A stretch of DNA of 64,000 nt, taken from assembly GCA_951406725.2 (NCBI GenBank), contig OX597820.1, forward strand, positions 99,386,001-99,450,000. Direction: 5' to 3'. Of this stretch, positions 12,859-26,230 are shown in pieces. Both the position numbers and the translations under genes were made by a program. Position 1 is the stretch's first letter. The number at the start of each line of letters is the position of its first letter. The notes under the pieces are model-generated. The model saw only the letters and a list, made by a program, of their open reading frames with translations. It did no database searches and was not told where the DNA came from. This DNA comes from Octopus vulgaris (taxonomy: Eukaryota).

Positions 12859-12987
12859 GTCTGCAGCCATGCTTGGGCACAGCCTTGAAGAATTTTTAGA
12901 AGAATGAATCAACCCCAGTACTTTTATTTTTTAAGCCTGGTACTTATTCATTCTATTATCTCTTTTGCCAAATCACTAAGCTATGGG

Positions 12988-13198
12988 TACTCTTTACTCT
13001 TTTATTTGTTTCACTCATTTGACTGTGGCCATACTGGAGCACTGCCTTTTAGTCGAGCAAATCGACCCCAGGATTTATTCTTTGTAAGCCTAGTACTTAT
13101 TCTATCGGTCTCTTCCGCCGAACCGCTAAGTTACAGGGACATAAACACACCAGCATCGGTTGTCAAGAGATGTTGGGGGCACAAACACAGACACACAA

Positions 13199-13245
<47 letters not shown>

Positions 13246-13530
13246 TACGATGGACTTCTTTCAGTTTCTGTCTACCAAATCCACTCACAAGGCTTTGGTT
13301 GGACTCCTACGTAAACATACCAACCAGTTGTCAAGCAGTGGTGGGGGATAAAGAAACATAGATATATATGTAATAGGCGTCTTTCAGTTTCTATCCCCTA
13401 CACCCACTCACGAGGCTTTGGTTGGCCACGACTACAATAGAAGATACTTGCCCAGGGTGCTACACGGTGGAACTGGACTCAGAACCATGTGGTTGGGAAG
13501 CAAGCTACTTACCACACAGCCACGCCTAAC
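12988..13530 (-). mobile_element. SINE family B copies (two partial, tandem)
   Basis: Reverse homology to 6094-6510. Confidence 0.8.
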
Positions 13531-13724
13531 ATCCATTTTTCCGTGCTTGCGTAGGTTAGATGGAATTTAATGAGGCAGATTTTCTATGGCCAGATGCCCT
13601 TCCTGTCACCAGTCCTCATCTATTTCCAAGCAGGGTAATATTTCACCTTGGCTGCTTGTACAATAGTGATACCTATCATGCACTATCAAGACAAAGAGAT
13701 ACAAACACAAACTTATATATATGT

Positions 13725-14010
13725 CATCATCATCATCCTTTAACATCCACTTTCCATGCTGGCATGGGTTGGACGATTTGACTGAGGTCTGGCAAGCCAG
13801 TGGGTTGCACCAAGCTCCAGTCTGATCTGGCAATGTTTCTACAGCTGGATGCCCTTCCTAATGTCAACTACTCTGAGAGTGTAGTGGGTGCGTTTTACGT
13901 GTCACCGACATGGGAGTCAGTCGGGGGCACTGGCATTGACCACATTCAGATGGTGCTTTTTATGTGCCACCGGCACAGGAGCCAGTTAGGTGCACTGGCA
14001 TCGATACTCT
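13725..14010 (-). mobile_element. RTE 3' end
   Basis: (CAT)n followed by reverse homology to 46300-46513. Confidence 0.75.
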
Positions 14011-14849
14011 CACATGATGGATTGCTTTCAGTTTCCACCTGCTAAACCAACTCATAAGGCATGGTTCAACCCAAGAACTATAGTATAAGAGCCGTGCTGT
14101 GAAACTGAATCTGGTTGGGAGTAAATTTATAACCATATAGCATAATCTGCACATGTGATATGTGTATATCATCATCATCATTTAATGCCTGTTTTTCCAT
14201 ACTGGGTTGGATAGTTTGACAGGAGCTGGCAAGCCAGAGGGCAGCACCAGGCTTCAGTTGTTTGATTTGGCATGATTTCTATGGCTGGATGCCTTTCACT
14301 TTACAGAGCGTACCGGGTCGTTTTCACTTGGCAGCACCCTTTTTAATTTAATATATTTATGTAGTACTCTTATGTAGTTTAATATATTTCATTGTTTGCT
14401 AAGCAAATTCAGAAATATCAGCGCTTCAGTATTTTTGACTTGTTTTAGAATATTTCTCACGATTAGGTATAAATTTAGTAATTATTAGATATGTTCCAAT
14501 TAGACTCACAACACTTGAGACTAATTATAAATAGTTAAGATTTTAATACAAATATATTTGTAAACAACAAATGTTTACATGTACATAATAATAGAGTGGA
14601 TAAATCAATGAATATGTTTTTCTTTTTTCAGTCATTTGACAGCAGCCATACTAGGGCACTGCCCTGAACGATTTTCAGTTGAACAAATCAACCCTAGGAC
14701 TTATTTTTTAAAGCCTAGTACTTATTTTATCTGTCTCTTTTGCTGAACCGCTAAGTTACAGCGATGTAAACATACCAATACCAGTTGTCAAACGGTGTGT
14801 GTTGTGAACAAACACAGACACAAAGATATATATATATATATAAAATTAA

Positions 14850-14908
<59 letters not shown>

Positions 14909-14947
14909 CCATATACATATATATATATATATCCATATATATATAGT

Positions 14948-15905
14948 AGAGGTGTAGGTAAGATGCACCCAGTGTAAGCTATGGACACATAAGAGGTGCA
15001 GTAATATCAAAGGAAGGCTAACTGGGAAGATAGTTTTTGTATGTGGCAGATGCTCGGGAGCGATAAACACTGAAAATGCGCAGAGACCAACTTCCGCCAC
15101 ATTCCAGGGAGAAAAACTAGAAGTAGTTGATAGCTTCCATTATCTAGGTGACCAAATCAGTAGCGGAGGAGGGTGCACTGAAAGTGTAGCTGCTAGAATA
15201 AGAATAGCTTGGGCAAAGTTCAGAGAGCTCTTACCTCTGCTGGTGACAAAGGGCCTCTCCCTCAGAGTAAAAGGTAGACTGTATGATGCATGTGTACGAA
15301 CAGCCTTGCTACATGGCAGTGAAACATGGGCTGTGACTGCTGAGGATATGCGTAAGCTCACAAGGAATGAAGCCAGTATGATCTGATGGATGTGTAATGT
15401 CAGTGTGCATACTCAACAGAGTGTAAGTACCTTCAGAGAAAAGTTGGACCTAAGAAGCATTAGATGTGGTGTGCAAGAGAGACGACTGCATTGGTATGGT
15501 CATGTGTTGCGAATGGATGAGAACATTTGTGTGAAAAAGTGTCACACCCTAGCCGTTGAGGGAACCTGTGGAAGAGGTAGACCCAGGAAGACCTGGGATG
15601 AAGTGGTGAAGCATGACCTTCGAACATTAGGCCTCACCAAGGAAATGACTAGCGACCGAGACCTTTGGAAATATGCTGTGCTCGAGAAGACCCGGCAAGC
15701 CAGATGAAACCATAACCCATGGCCTATGCCAGGAGCATAACCAGCCTGCTTATGCGTAGCTTTTCCTTCTTTGGTCACTAAACTTTGCTTGCGAAGACCT
15801 GTTGTGGCAAGTGAAATCAAAATCAAAATCAAATAAAAACCAAAATCATTTCGATGACTGGCATCCGTGCTAGTGGGGTGCAAAGAGCACCATACGAGTG
15901 TGATC
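14948..15905 (+). mobile_element. 5'-truncated RTE-clade LINE (RT C-terminus plus part of 3'UTR)
   Basis: Encodes FHYLGDQ..ARIRIAWAKFREL..LLHGSETW..RRLHWYGHVLRM..GRGRPRKTW with stops; begins right after a (TA)n tract. Confidence 0.9.
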
Positions 15906-16221
15906 CCATTTTCCCACCAAATAACTTAATTTGTAAAAGATATAATTTTTGTATCATTCAAATTTCCAATGTTTTAAAAAAATGTAAATCTGAAAAAAAA
16001 AAAAAAAAATTTTTTTAAAATTACAAAAGTGGGTGAGGAGAATTAAAATAATGTAGAATATATAGGGTCATAGCTTTATCTTCACTAATGATTGCACTCT
16101 CTCCGTGCTTCCTTGTTTGACAATGAGATTTCTGATTTTCCGTCCATGACCTTTCAGTTGACTGCATGTTTTGACACATAGGTGACAAACGAAAGTTGTA
16201 ACACAAAGCAAACCCACTCAT

Positions 16222-16520
16222 TTCTATACCTATCTATCTGTCGACCTACCTACCCATCTATCTATCTACCTACCTACCCATCTATCTACCTATCTATCTC
16301 CCTACCTATCTACCTACCTATCCATCTATCTATCTCCCTACCTACCTACCTACCCATCTATCTACCTATCTATCTATCTCCCTACCTACCTATCTACCTA
16401 CCTACCCATCTATCTATTTCCCTACCTACCTACCTATCTACCTACCTACCCATCTATCTATCTGCCGGCCTGCCTGTCTGCCTACCTACCTGTCTATCTA
16501 TCTATCTATCTATCTCCCTT
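16222..16520. repeat. (CTAC)n/(CTAT)n compound tetranucleotide microsatellite
   Basis: Direct reading. Confidence 0.95.
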
Positions 16521-16521
16521 T

Positions 16522-16712
16522 TCACAATGACATTTCTGTTGATACACGATCCCTATTGATCGTCCCCACTTTTTTTTCACGATCCCTTTTGATCAGAATT
16601 CGACCCATTGCTTTTTTTATATTTTTTCGTTCTCTTCTTCCGAAAAAGAAAAGCTCAACTTTGTATTTTGTTCCTTCTGCGTTCGGCCCTGCGTGGCCAA
16701 TAAAGAAATCTA
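16522..16712 (+). mobile_element. Dispersed repeat, probable LINE 3'UTR ending ...GCCCTGCGTGGCCAATAAAGAAAT
   Basis: A second diverged copy lies at ~49735-49922. Confidence 0.6.
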
Positions 16713-16759
16713 TCCGTCTGTCATACAGAGAGTATTTATGTATCATTGCTTGTATTGTC

Positions 16760-17466
16760 ACTTCCTTTTGCTTTCTTCCGGTTAACGATTAAGAAAGAAA
16801 CAAACGTCATTCTGGCATCGGAAGCTCCACGTAAGAAATTCTTCGTCGCCATTATTTGTTTGAAATAATTCTTTGGAAAAAGATAAAAACTTGGCTATTT
16901 GGTAGTTTATAATAGAACAGTAAACATCGACATCGAAAAAGAAAGAAAAGCATTTTAAATTTTATGCTAAATAGTTGTTCCAAACAACAACGCAAACCAA
17001 ATTAACTGATCGTGGTATGGCATAATTACAGACCCATGGAGTCCATGGACGATTCACTCCTCCCTTAAAGACATCATAGGTAGTTAAACTGAATAGTGGA
17101 AAGAAGGCGTACGTAAAAGACTAGCGTATTTCCTCCAAGACATCCAAGATACAAATGGAATTATAACAGAAGAATATCTTTGAAGAAGCACATTTTAATA
17201 TATCGTTCGAACCTAATTATTTCTCCACATCGTCTCTGCAGAATTGTTATGTTGTATTCTTGTCATCCTTTAGAAGGATTTGTGTAAATTATCTGACAAA
17301 AGACTTTGATTTTATTGTCTTCTTTGCGATTTTGTCGTAAGAAATGAATTAAAAGAACTGAAATTTGTTTAAACTGTTATTCTTTCTCGTGGATATCTAT
17401 CAAGTTTAACCGGAATGAAGATTTTTTTTTTGCTGAAACTAATTCATCTTCAATCTACATTGATGT
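16760..17466 (+). promoter_or_regulatory. Predicted promoter and non-coding first exon of the ZNF gene
   Basis: CpG-containing unique sequence with ETS-like CTTCCGG (~16774) and YY1-like CGCCATT (~16847). Donor gtaagt at 17467 pairs with acceptor tttctgtttcag ending 21069. Inference only. Confidence 0.45.
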
Positions 17467-17749
17467 GTAAGTATTAAATATAATTCGATATTTTAAAATT
17501 ATTAATATAAAGCTGGGTAAATTTGTAGAGCAGCGGCGTATTTTCAAGAAAAATGTGGATTGTATAAAAATGAACAATGGTTACTTGAAATATCGAAACG
17601 AAACCTAAATTTTGAGAGAAAAATATGAATATTTAAGTAATTCACTAGTATTTAATTAGAAGCATAATTAAAATCTTCAATTCTAAGTTGGAATGATGTA
17701 GAAGTGCAATACTTGAGTTCATTTTTAAGCCGTTTGTTTGTTTTACTCC

Positions 17750-18125
17750 GCCGTTTTGTTTCAGTTACAGAACTGCGGCCAAACTGGGGCACCGCCTTGT
17801 AGGTTTAGTTTATCAAATCGTTTCCACTACTTTAAAAAAAAATGTTAGTTATTTTATCAATGTCTTTTGCTGAACCGCTAAGTTATGAGAACGTAAACAA
17901 ACCAATACCCGTTGTCAAGTGGTGGGGGCGGAGACAACACACACCCCTTACAAGTTAACCTATACGTCAGGCATTCGCAGTTTCCGTCTAACAAATTCAG
18001 TCTACGCATTAGTCGAACTGGTGTTATAGGAGAAGACACTTGCCTAAGGTGCTGTGCAGTGGGACTGAAACCGAAACTATGTGGGTGTGAAGCGAACTTC
18101 CTAATCCTACAGCCATGCCTGTGCC
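17750..18125 (-). mobile_element. Old SINE family B copy
   Basis: Diverged reverse homology. Confidence 0.7.
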
Positions 18126-20203
18126 TTGTGTATAATGAGAAAGGAAAAGAAAACATTTAGGTAGCTTAAAAGTATTTAATTACAACATTAATTAAAAGAT
18201 TTTAAGCACCCCATATATAACCCCTTGTAACTGTTTTTCGTATTTTCAACAATATTTTGATTCTTTGTGTTTTACACACGGGAATTTTTCGAATGTTTTT
18301 TTTTTAATTAAAGTTTAAAATGCGGTCAGTCCCAACTTTTTTTGCTTAAATCCTAGTAATTGACCATTGAATGTGTTTATGGGAAGAAAGATGTTGAAAA
18401 ACATCAATGTCAGAGTGACTAAGAAACGAGGAGGGTATCAGGTGGTCATGAGTGCTAAAAATAACAAGTAAATAGCCCTTAAATCACACACACAAAATTT
18501 GTCTTGGTTTTTGTATACTTGTATGAATTCCTGTGTGTAGAACATAAATTCGCAGAATTTTCAGAAAATTCCAAGAAATAGAAAAGTTATGAGAGGTTGT
18601 ATGAGGTGCTTGAGCAAAGTTTGCAGAGAAGCAGGTATATTTTGATTTGCAATCCTTGAGTTTTTACACTAGCTTGCAGTTAAAGTGTATTGTTATTGGG
18701 TCATCATTTAAGAAAAGCAGATAATTTTCTTGGTTAGATGCACCTATTTCTGGACCAGCAATTTGCTGTAGTTAAATAGCCATTGAAGTAACAACTAGTG
18801 TCAGTAGAGGATAGCTAAGAACTAGCTTTCATAATTAAACCGAAAGATAAAGATTGGCTGAATTGAAAGCTGAAAGTTTCAGAAAAAATGTACCAGCAGA
18901 AGAGACCAGCAATAAAATTAATTATGGAAGGTCAGGTGAAAGATTTTTCTTTTTTGTGAAAGTGGGAATGGTTTGACCAACAGCAATATCACTCAAATGT
19001 ATATTCCATCTTAAGACAATACAAAAATGAACAATGGATAATGTCAACCCTGCAGCCCACTTCTCTTCAGTTTCTTCCAAAATTTTTGTTGAGATTCCTA
19101 TGTTTTCAACACCAGAGATTACCATTTTGCCCCCCCCACCTTAATCTTGCAAAATTTTAATTTACCTACCTACCCTCACCTGCTTTCGCTTTCTCCCCTT
19201 TTATTTCATCTTTTATCTTTTATGCTTGCGAAGACCTGTTGAGGCAAGTGAAATCGAAATCAAATTCGATGACCGGTATCCATTCTAGTGGAGTGCTAAG
19301 AGTACCATACAAGCGTGATTGTTGCCAGAGCAACAAGCTGGCCTCTGTGCAAGTGGCATATAAAAAACACCATTCGAGTGTGATCGTTACCTGCGTTACC
19401 TTGCTGGCACTTGTGCTGGTGGCATGTGAAAAAAACATTCGAGCAAGGTCGTTGCCACTGGAAAACGGCTCAACGGATTTCCACCAAATTTGGCAGAAAT
19501 ACTCATTGGATGAGTGGCTTGAAATTGTGAAAATTTGATTTGTTTATCTACAAACATACATGAATTCATGCATAGATATGCGACTCTGTGTGTATGTATA
19601 CAGTGATAGATTTGAGGGTTTCATTTATTTATGTGTTGATTTCTTAAATTCACTGTTCTTAGGCTTCTAATCCTCTTTTAGTCAAACACTTACAAAGCTT
19701 AATTCAGTTCAATTAAAAAGCATGGGTAAGAAGTGAATTGTAAGCCACACTTATAATTTGCCAAAAAATTTATCTTCATGCAGGGTATGCATCGCCTCTC
19801 CAATGCCATTTTTTTTCATTTATACTGGAACTTGTAGAAAAAAATATTAATATATAAATTGAATAATTATTTTTCTTTTAACCTTGTAATTGAGCTTTTA
19901 TAAGATCATGCAGCAGGTTAGAAATTGCAGCCAAATCTGTCATAACACAAAGTGAAATGGTTAATTGACCTCCAAAAATACCTTCTATGATAAATAAGTT
20001 GTCCATCGTAAGAAAAGATACTTTGGTAGCTGCTAAATAAACTGATACCAACCAAAGGCTTAGAAAGTAAAATTAGTGTGTGACTTGAAGATTATCTAAG
20101 TTTTGAGTAAAAACAACTTTTAAAAGTTCATCAAAATTCTTTGTTTCCATTTTATAAGCAAGAAATAAAAGGGGAAAAAGTGATTTAGTTCTTTACCATT
20201 TAA

Positions 20204-20419
20204 CCCTTTTGTTACCAACCTGACTGAAACTGGCTTTGGCTCTGAATACAAATATCTTGTTTTCATAAGTTTTGAATTAAAATCTTCCACTAAACCTTAG
20301 TCACAATTTATATTCCTAACACTGGCTGAATGATAACTAAGTTATTTTACTAGATTCTTTGTTTTATTTAAAGTAATTGAAAGAAACACAGAGCATCTCA
20401 AAATACAGTAACAAAAGGG
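20204..20419. mobile_element. piggyBac-like MITE
   Basis: TTAA|CCCTTTTGTTAC ... GTAACAAAAGGG|TTAA: TIRs plus TTAA target duplication. Further copies at 57946 and ~40185-40700. Confidence 0.85.
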
Positions 20420-21536
20420 TTAAGGGACATTTAGCTGTTACTTTTAGTAGGTTGAGCAAACAGCAAGGGATTCTGTGGTTATTGAAGGTAGGCAGAAAGT
20501 AAAAGAAGAGAGTAAAAAATAAAAAATAATTAAATTGTTAGGTGCCAGATGAAAAGCAAATTAATTAAGAGAGGTGTAAAATAAACTAGTGCTGAAAATT
20601 TGTTACACTTTTGAAGACAATTGAGGAAACCATTATGTGGTAGCTTGCCTTGGTAAAACTGACTATCAAATCTCTGAAATTACACTGAACAAAGGAAGAA
20701 TACATTGGATAATGGTAGCTCTAGATGTACATCTAAATAAAAGGTGGGATGGTCACAATTGGGATGCTTTTGATCATAGGCCTGCTAATGAGCAATTAAG
20801 AACATCTCTGGTGGAAGCATTTTATGCTTTACTATATTTTGACTTAATGTATACCATAGTACACAATCTCAAGATGTATTTCTGGTTTGTAAATATGAAA
20901 ACTTCACACAAGTTTGTATGATATAATTTTAATAAATTAGAAAATAAAGTTGTGTTACTCAGGTAAAAGTTTATTTCTATAGTTTGTCACTTTGAGAGTA
21001 TAGTAAAATTTTGCTGTTAAATCTTTACTTTTTAAGTATCTTCACTATCTTATACTGTTTCTGTTTCAGATTATTGGATGGTATCAACATAAACTAATGC
21101 TTTTCTTCAAAAACGCACCAACAACATTTATCATCTTTCTAAGATGTTATTCAGAAAATAAAACCTTGTTTACATAAATCTATTGTCGAACAACTGTGAA
21201 ATATTTCCTCTGGACTGAGATTAATAGCAACATTTTTCTACTTCACTGTCTGGAACTTGCACAAGGAACATGGACAAATTTACCATGAGGTTGTAATAGA
21301 ATTTTCAGTAAGAAATTTTATACCGATATATCCTCAGAAAGATTTTATTTCTTATTAGAAGACAAGTTTCTTCTAGGAATAATTATTGCAAATATGTGGT
21401 TATTACTTTGAAGTATTTAACAGATATTCACAGGGATCGTTGTTTATTGAAATATAACTGAAGAAATACTTGTTAGGTTTCAAATATTAAACCCTAACAC
21501 AAGAAATATATTTGTTATTGTATTCAACAGAAAATT

Positions 21537-22970
21537 ATGGAGAATGAATTATGTGAAAATCAAGTTAAATATAAAACACAGTGTAAAAGGATTGATTTTC
21601 CGGGTGAAAGACTGAAAGCGATACGGAAAACAACATTCTACTGTGATATGTGTAAAAAGTCTTTCTCTAAAAAAAGTAATCTAACTAGACACAAGCGTAT
21701 TCATACGGGAGAGAAACCATACCACTGTGATATTTGTGGCAAATCATTCTCTCAGAGTAGTGTTTTAAAAACTCACAAACGCATTCATACAGGAGATAAA
21801 CCATATCCCTGTGGTAAATCACTTTCTCAAAGAAGTTCTTTCACTACACACAATTATACAGGAGAGAGACCATATCACTGTGATATCTGTGGAAAATCAT
21901 TCTCTCAAGCAAATAATTTAACCACTCACAAACGTATTCATACAGGAGAGAAACCATATCACTGTGATATCTGTGGTAAATCATTCTCTATAGATAGTAA
22001 CTTAACTAATCACAAACGTATTCATACAGGAGAGAAGCCATATTACTGTGATATCTGTGATAAATCGTTCTCCATAGCTAATTACTTAACTATTCACAAG
22101 CGCATTCATTCAGGGGAGAAACCATATCAGTGCGAGATCTGTGGTAGATCATTCTCTCAAACAAATCACCTAACTACTCACATACGTGTTCATACAGGAG
22201 AGAAGCCATATCACTGTGATATCTGTGGGAAATCATTCTCTGTAGCATGTAGTTTAACCAAACACAAACGTATTCATACTGGAGAGAAACCATATCAGTG
22301 TGATATCTGTGGTAAATCATTCACTTTAAATAGTCACTTAACTACTCACAAACGTATTCATACAGGAGAGAAGCCGTACCACTGTGATATTTGTGGTAAA
22401 TCATTCTCTCAAAGTGGTGATTTAACTACACATAAACGCATTCATACAGGAGAACAGCCATATCTATGTGACATCTGTGCTAAATCCTTTTCTGATAAAG
22501 GTAGTTTAACTAGGCACAAATGTATCCATACAGGGCAAAAGCCATATAACTGTGATATCTGTGGTAAATCTTTCTCTCAAAACGGTGACTTAACTACTCA
22601 CAAACGTATTCATACAGGAGAGAAGCCATATCTTTGTGATATCTGTGGTAAATCATTCTCTGAAAAAGGTACCTTAACGAAGCACAGACGCATTCATACA
22701 GGAGAAAGACCATACCACTGTGATATCTGTGGTAAATCATTCTCTATAGATAGCCACTTAACTACTCATAAACGCATTCACACAGGAGAAAAGCCATATC
22801 ACTGTGACATCTGTGGTAAATCATTCTCTCAAAGTGGGGATTTAACCACTCACAAACGTATCCACACAGGAGATAAGCCATATCTCTGTGATATCTGTGG
22901 TAAATCATTCTCTGTGATATGTAGCTTAAATAGACACCAGTGCATTCATGCAAAACACTTCCATAAATGA
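21537..22970 (+). CDS. Tandem C2H2 zinc-finger protein, 477 aa, 15 intact plus 1 degenerate finger, no KRAB/BTB/ZAD domain
   Basis: Repeated CxxC-x12-HxxxH units with TGEKP linkers in one uninterrupted ORF. Acceptor at 21069 upstream; AATAAA at 23343 downstream. Confidence 0.96.
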   Translation: MENELCENQVKYKTQCKRIDFPGERLKAIRKTTFYCDMCKKSFSKKSNLTRHKRIHTGEKPYHCDICGKSFSQSSVLKTHKRIHTGDKPYPCGKSLSQRSSFTTHNYTGERPYHCDICGKSFSQANNLTTHKRIHTGEKPYHCDICGKSFSIDSNLTNHKRIHTGEKPYYCDICDKSFSIANYLTIHKRIHSGEKPYQCEICGRSFSQTNHLTTHIRVHTGEKPYHCDICGKSFSVACSLTKHKRIHTGEKPYQCDICGKSFTLNSHLTTHKRIHTGEKPYHCDICGKSFSQSGDLTTHKRIHTGEQPYLCDICAKSFSDKGSLTRHKCIHTGQKPYNCDICGKSFSQNGDLTTHKRIHTGEKPYLCDICGKSFSEKGTLTKHRRIHTGERPYHCDICGKSFSIDSHLTTHKRIHTGEKPYHCDICGKSFSQSGDLTTHKRIHTGDKPYLCDICGKSFSVICSLNRHQCIHAKHFHK

Positions 22971-23342
22971 GAAAAGCCATGTCACTGTGATACCTGTGGT
23001 AAATCATTCTCTGAAAATAAAGGTAGCTTAACAGACAGCAGAGAAGCCATACCACTGATATTGATGTTAAATCCTTCACTTTAGAATGTTATTTAATTAG
23101 ACAGTTATAGGTGAAGAGCCATGACACTCCTTCCAGTGTTAAATCATATGTTGAATACAAATATGTTTTTCATATAGAAGAGCAACTACATCACATATGC
23201 TTTCTCAGAAAGAAATATATCAAACCATAGGTTTACTCTCACGAAGAAGATGTAACGGTGTGATTACAACACTAATCTATATTTTATATAGACACAAATG
23301 TATCTACATTAGAGACATTTAACTTACTAAATTTCAAATTTT

Positions 23343-23348
23343 AATAAA
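23343..23348 (+). terminator. Probable polyadenylation signal of the ZNF gene
   Basis: AATAAA ~370 nt after the stop, followed by T-rich sequence. An earlier AATAAA sits in the degenerate finger at ~23016. Confidence 0.5.
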
Positions 23349-23849
23349 GCATTCTTTCAGAATTCTCTTATGTATTCCATTTTGGAAATTTCTAGACAGG
23401 GGAAAACTTATTGTTCATTTATTGTGAACAAGTAGCTGGGAAACATGTTAGTTCTAAATCGGGTATTTTATAATTGTACAATTATTGTTTTAAATGAAAT
23501 ACACACACCCTGACAGAAAATATTTCATCTTACTAAGTATATGTATTGGAAGACACTTGGTTAAATAAATGTATACTAAACTCTCAAACCTCCTGACTTT
23601 GTGTTTATATATATATGTGTGTGTATATATATATATATATATATCTTCTTGCATGCATTCTTTTCTGTATCTTATGTATATTCTGGTGTGATATTTAATG
23701 TGTCCTAACATGAGAATAATTCTGTTGGTTAGAATATCTATAATTTCTCATTATAGATGGCATGAGGCCATCATAGTTTGATAGTTGAGACAAATGTTAA
23801 TTTATGTGTGTCAATATAACCTTCAGCTTTTATTTGTGCAAGGAGTTTG

Positions 23850-26230
23850 CCTATGTTCATTGATGTGGGGATTGCAAGACAGTGTGTGAGAGACAATTGT
23901 GATGTCATAGAAGAGAAATGTGTCTGTATGGATGATGGTGCACTTGCATTTAATGATTCTATAAAGAGGCTTGGAGATGCCATTATGAAAGACTGCTGAA
24001 TGTAGAGAATGAATAGGAGGAGGAGAGTCTGCCAAATGTTGACCCAATTCAGGGACCATCTACCTGAATCGACAGTACCCTTGTAGATGAAGCAATTAAG
24101 GATATGAAGACAGGGAAAGCCCCAGCCCATCAGGAATCACCACTGAGATGCTTAAAATATCTGGCAGTGTGGGTTATGGTCTAGTCACCTGTATTGTAAA
24201 TCAGGTGGTTCTCAAAGGAGTTATACCCAATGACTTGTGTAGCAGCACCATAGTCAAATGCTATAAAGGTAAAGGTGATGCCTTAGATAGAAATAATTAC
24301 AGAGGTATCTATTTGTTGGATCAGGTGATGAAAGTTACGGAGAGAGTCATAACCCAATTAATTAGGGAGAGAGTCTAGATGAGATGCAGTTTAGTTTTGT
24401 GCCACTGCTGCTATATTTCTGGTAAGGCAGCTGCAGGAGAAATACCTGGCCAAAGATAAACCTCTGTATTTGGTTTTTGTTGACTTGGCGAAAGCCTTTC
24501 ACAGGGTCCCCTTATTCATTATCTGGTGGTCAATGCAGAAACTAGGGATAGACGAATAATTGGTGAAAGATGTACAAGCCTTGTACAGGGACACTATCAG
24601 TAAGATGAGGGTTGGTAATGAGTACAGCGAAGAATTTAGGGTACAAGTAGGGGTTTACTAAAGATCAGTCTTCAGCCCCCTCTTGTTCATCATAGTCCTC
24701 CAGGCAATAGCAGAGGAATTTAAATCAGGTTGCCCCCGGGAGCTCCTCTGTGCTGATGACCTTGCTCTTACAGCTGAATGACTACCAGAACTAGAAAAGA
24801 AATACTAAGTTTGGAAGCAAGATGTAGATTTGAAGGGCCTTAGAGTTAAACTAGCAGAAACCCAAGTTTTAGTAAGTAGGAAGGTAGACAAATCACAAAT
24901 CCCTTCAGGTAGATGACCCTGCTTGATCTGTAGAAAAAGCTTAGGTAGAAACTCTATAAGATGCATCCTGTGTAAGCTTTGGACAAAAAAGGTGCAGCAA
25001 TATCAGAGGAAGGCTAACAGGGAAAATCGCTTTTGTGTATGGAAGATGCACAGGTACAATAAATGCTGAAAGTGTGCAGAAAATAGACTCCATCAACTGC
25101 CAGTGGGGTAAGCTACAGGTAGTAGATAGCTTCCATTATCTAAGCAACCAAGTTAGTAGTGGAAGTGGATACTCCAAGAGCGTAGCTGTGAGAATAAGAT
25201 TAGGCTGGGCAAAGTTCAGAGAGCTCTTGCCAATGCTGGCAACAAAGGTCCTCTCTCAGAGTGAAAGGCAGATTGTATGATACCTGTGTGCGAACAGCTA
25301 TGCTACATTGCAGTGAAACATGAGCTGTAACAGCCAAGGACATGCGTAGGCTTGAAAGAAATGAAGCTAGTATGCTTCACTGACTGTGCAATGTCAGTGT
25401 ACATTTTTCGACAATGTAAACATCTTGAGAGAAAACTTAGGCATAAGAGGTATCAGATGTGGTGTGCAAGAGAGACAACTTCACTGGTATGGTCATGTGA
25501 TGTGTCTGGACGAAGACAGCTATGTAAAGAAGTGCCGATCCCTAACCTTGGAAAGAACCTGTGGTAGAGGTAGACCCAGGAAGACATGGGACGAGGTATG
25601 ACAGTAACTAGCAACTGAGACCTTTGCTGTGCTTGAGAAGACCCATCAAGCCAAGTGAAATTATAGTCGTGGCTGAGGCTGGTGTCATGTAACTGGCACT
25701 TGCGCTGGTGGCATATAAAGAGGACCTGTCGAGTTTTGGGTCTCAAGGAGGCGAGTTCCTTTCAAGCGTTGGGCCTCACACAGGTGAGTTCCTTTCGAGC
25801 GTTGGGCCTCACGCAGGCGAGTTCCTTTCGAGCATTGGGCCTCATGCAGGTGAGTTCCTTTCGAGCATTGAGCCTCACGCAGGCAAGCTCCTTTCAAGCA
25901 TTGGGCCTCACGCAGGTGAGTTCCTTTCGCGTGTTGGGCCTCATGCAGGTGAGTACTTTTCAAGCAAGTGGCTTCATGGAGGCAATGACAGACCTTTGGC
26001 ATTATGCTGTGCTTGAGAAGAAGTCCCATCAAACCAAGCAAAATCGCAGTTGTGGCAGATACTAGTGTCACACAAATGTTCCTCTTGGATTGGTTGGCAT
26101 TAGGAAGGGCATCCTGCTGTAGAATTCATGCCAAATCAGACTGGTGTCTGATGCAGCCTTCCAGCTTGCCACCCCTGGTCAAACTGTCTAACCTATGCCA
26201 GCATGGGCAACAAATGTTAAATGATGATGA
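23850..26230 (+). mobile_element. Decayed RTE-clade LINE (RT domain through (GAT)n tail)
   Basis: GKAP, YKGKGDALDRNNYRGI, FVDLAKAF, SVFSPLLF, ELL(C)ADDL (YADD site) and GRGRPRKTW motifs with many stops and frameshifts; GAT tail at ~26222. Confidence 0.92.
25736..25966 (+). repeat. 33-bp minisatellite, 7 units, inside the RTE 3' region
   Basis: Consensus TTGGGCCTCACGCAGGTGAGTTCCTTTCGAGCA, head-to-tail with no spacers. Confidence 0.92.

Noticed and set aside
22762-23079. Antisense ORF over the ZNF gene
   Set aside because: Shadow frame of the repetitive finger codons.
25736-25966. CRISPR-like array or repeat protein
   Set aside because: Head-to-tail units without unique spacers, eukaryotic context, no cas genes; it lies inside a LINE.
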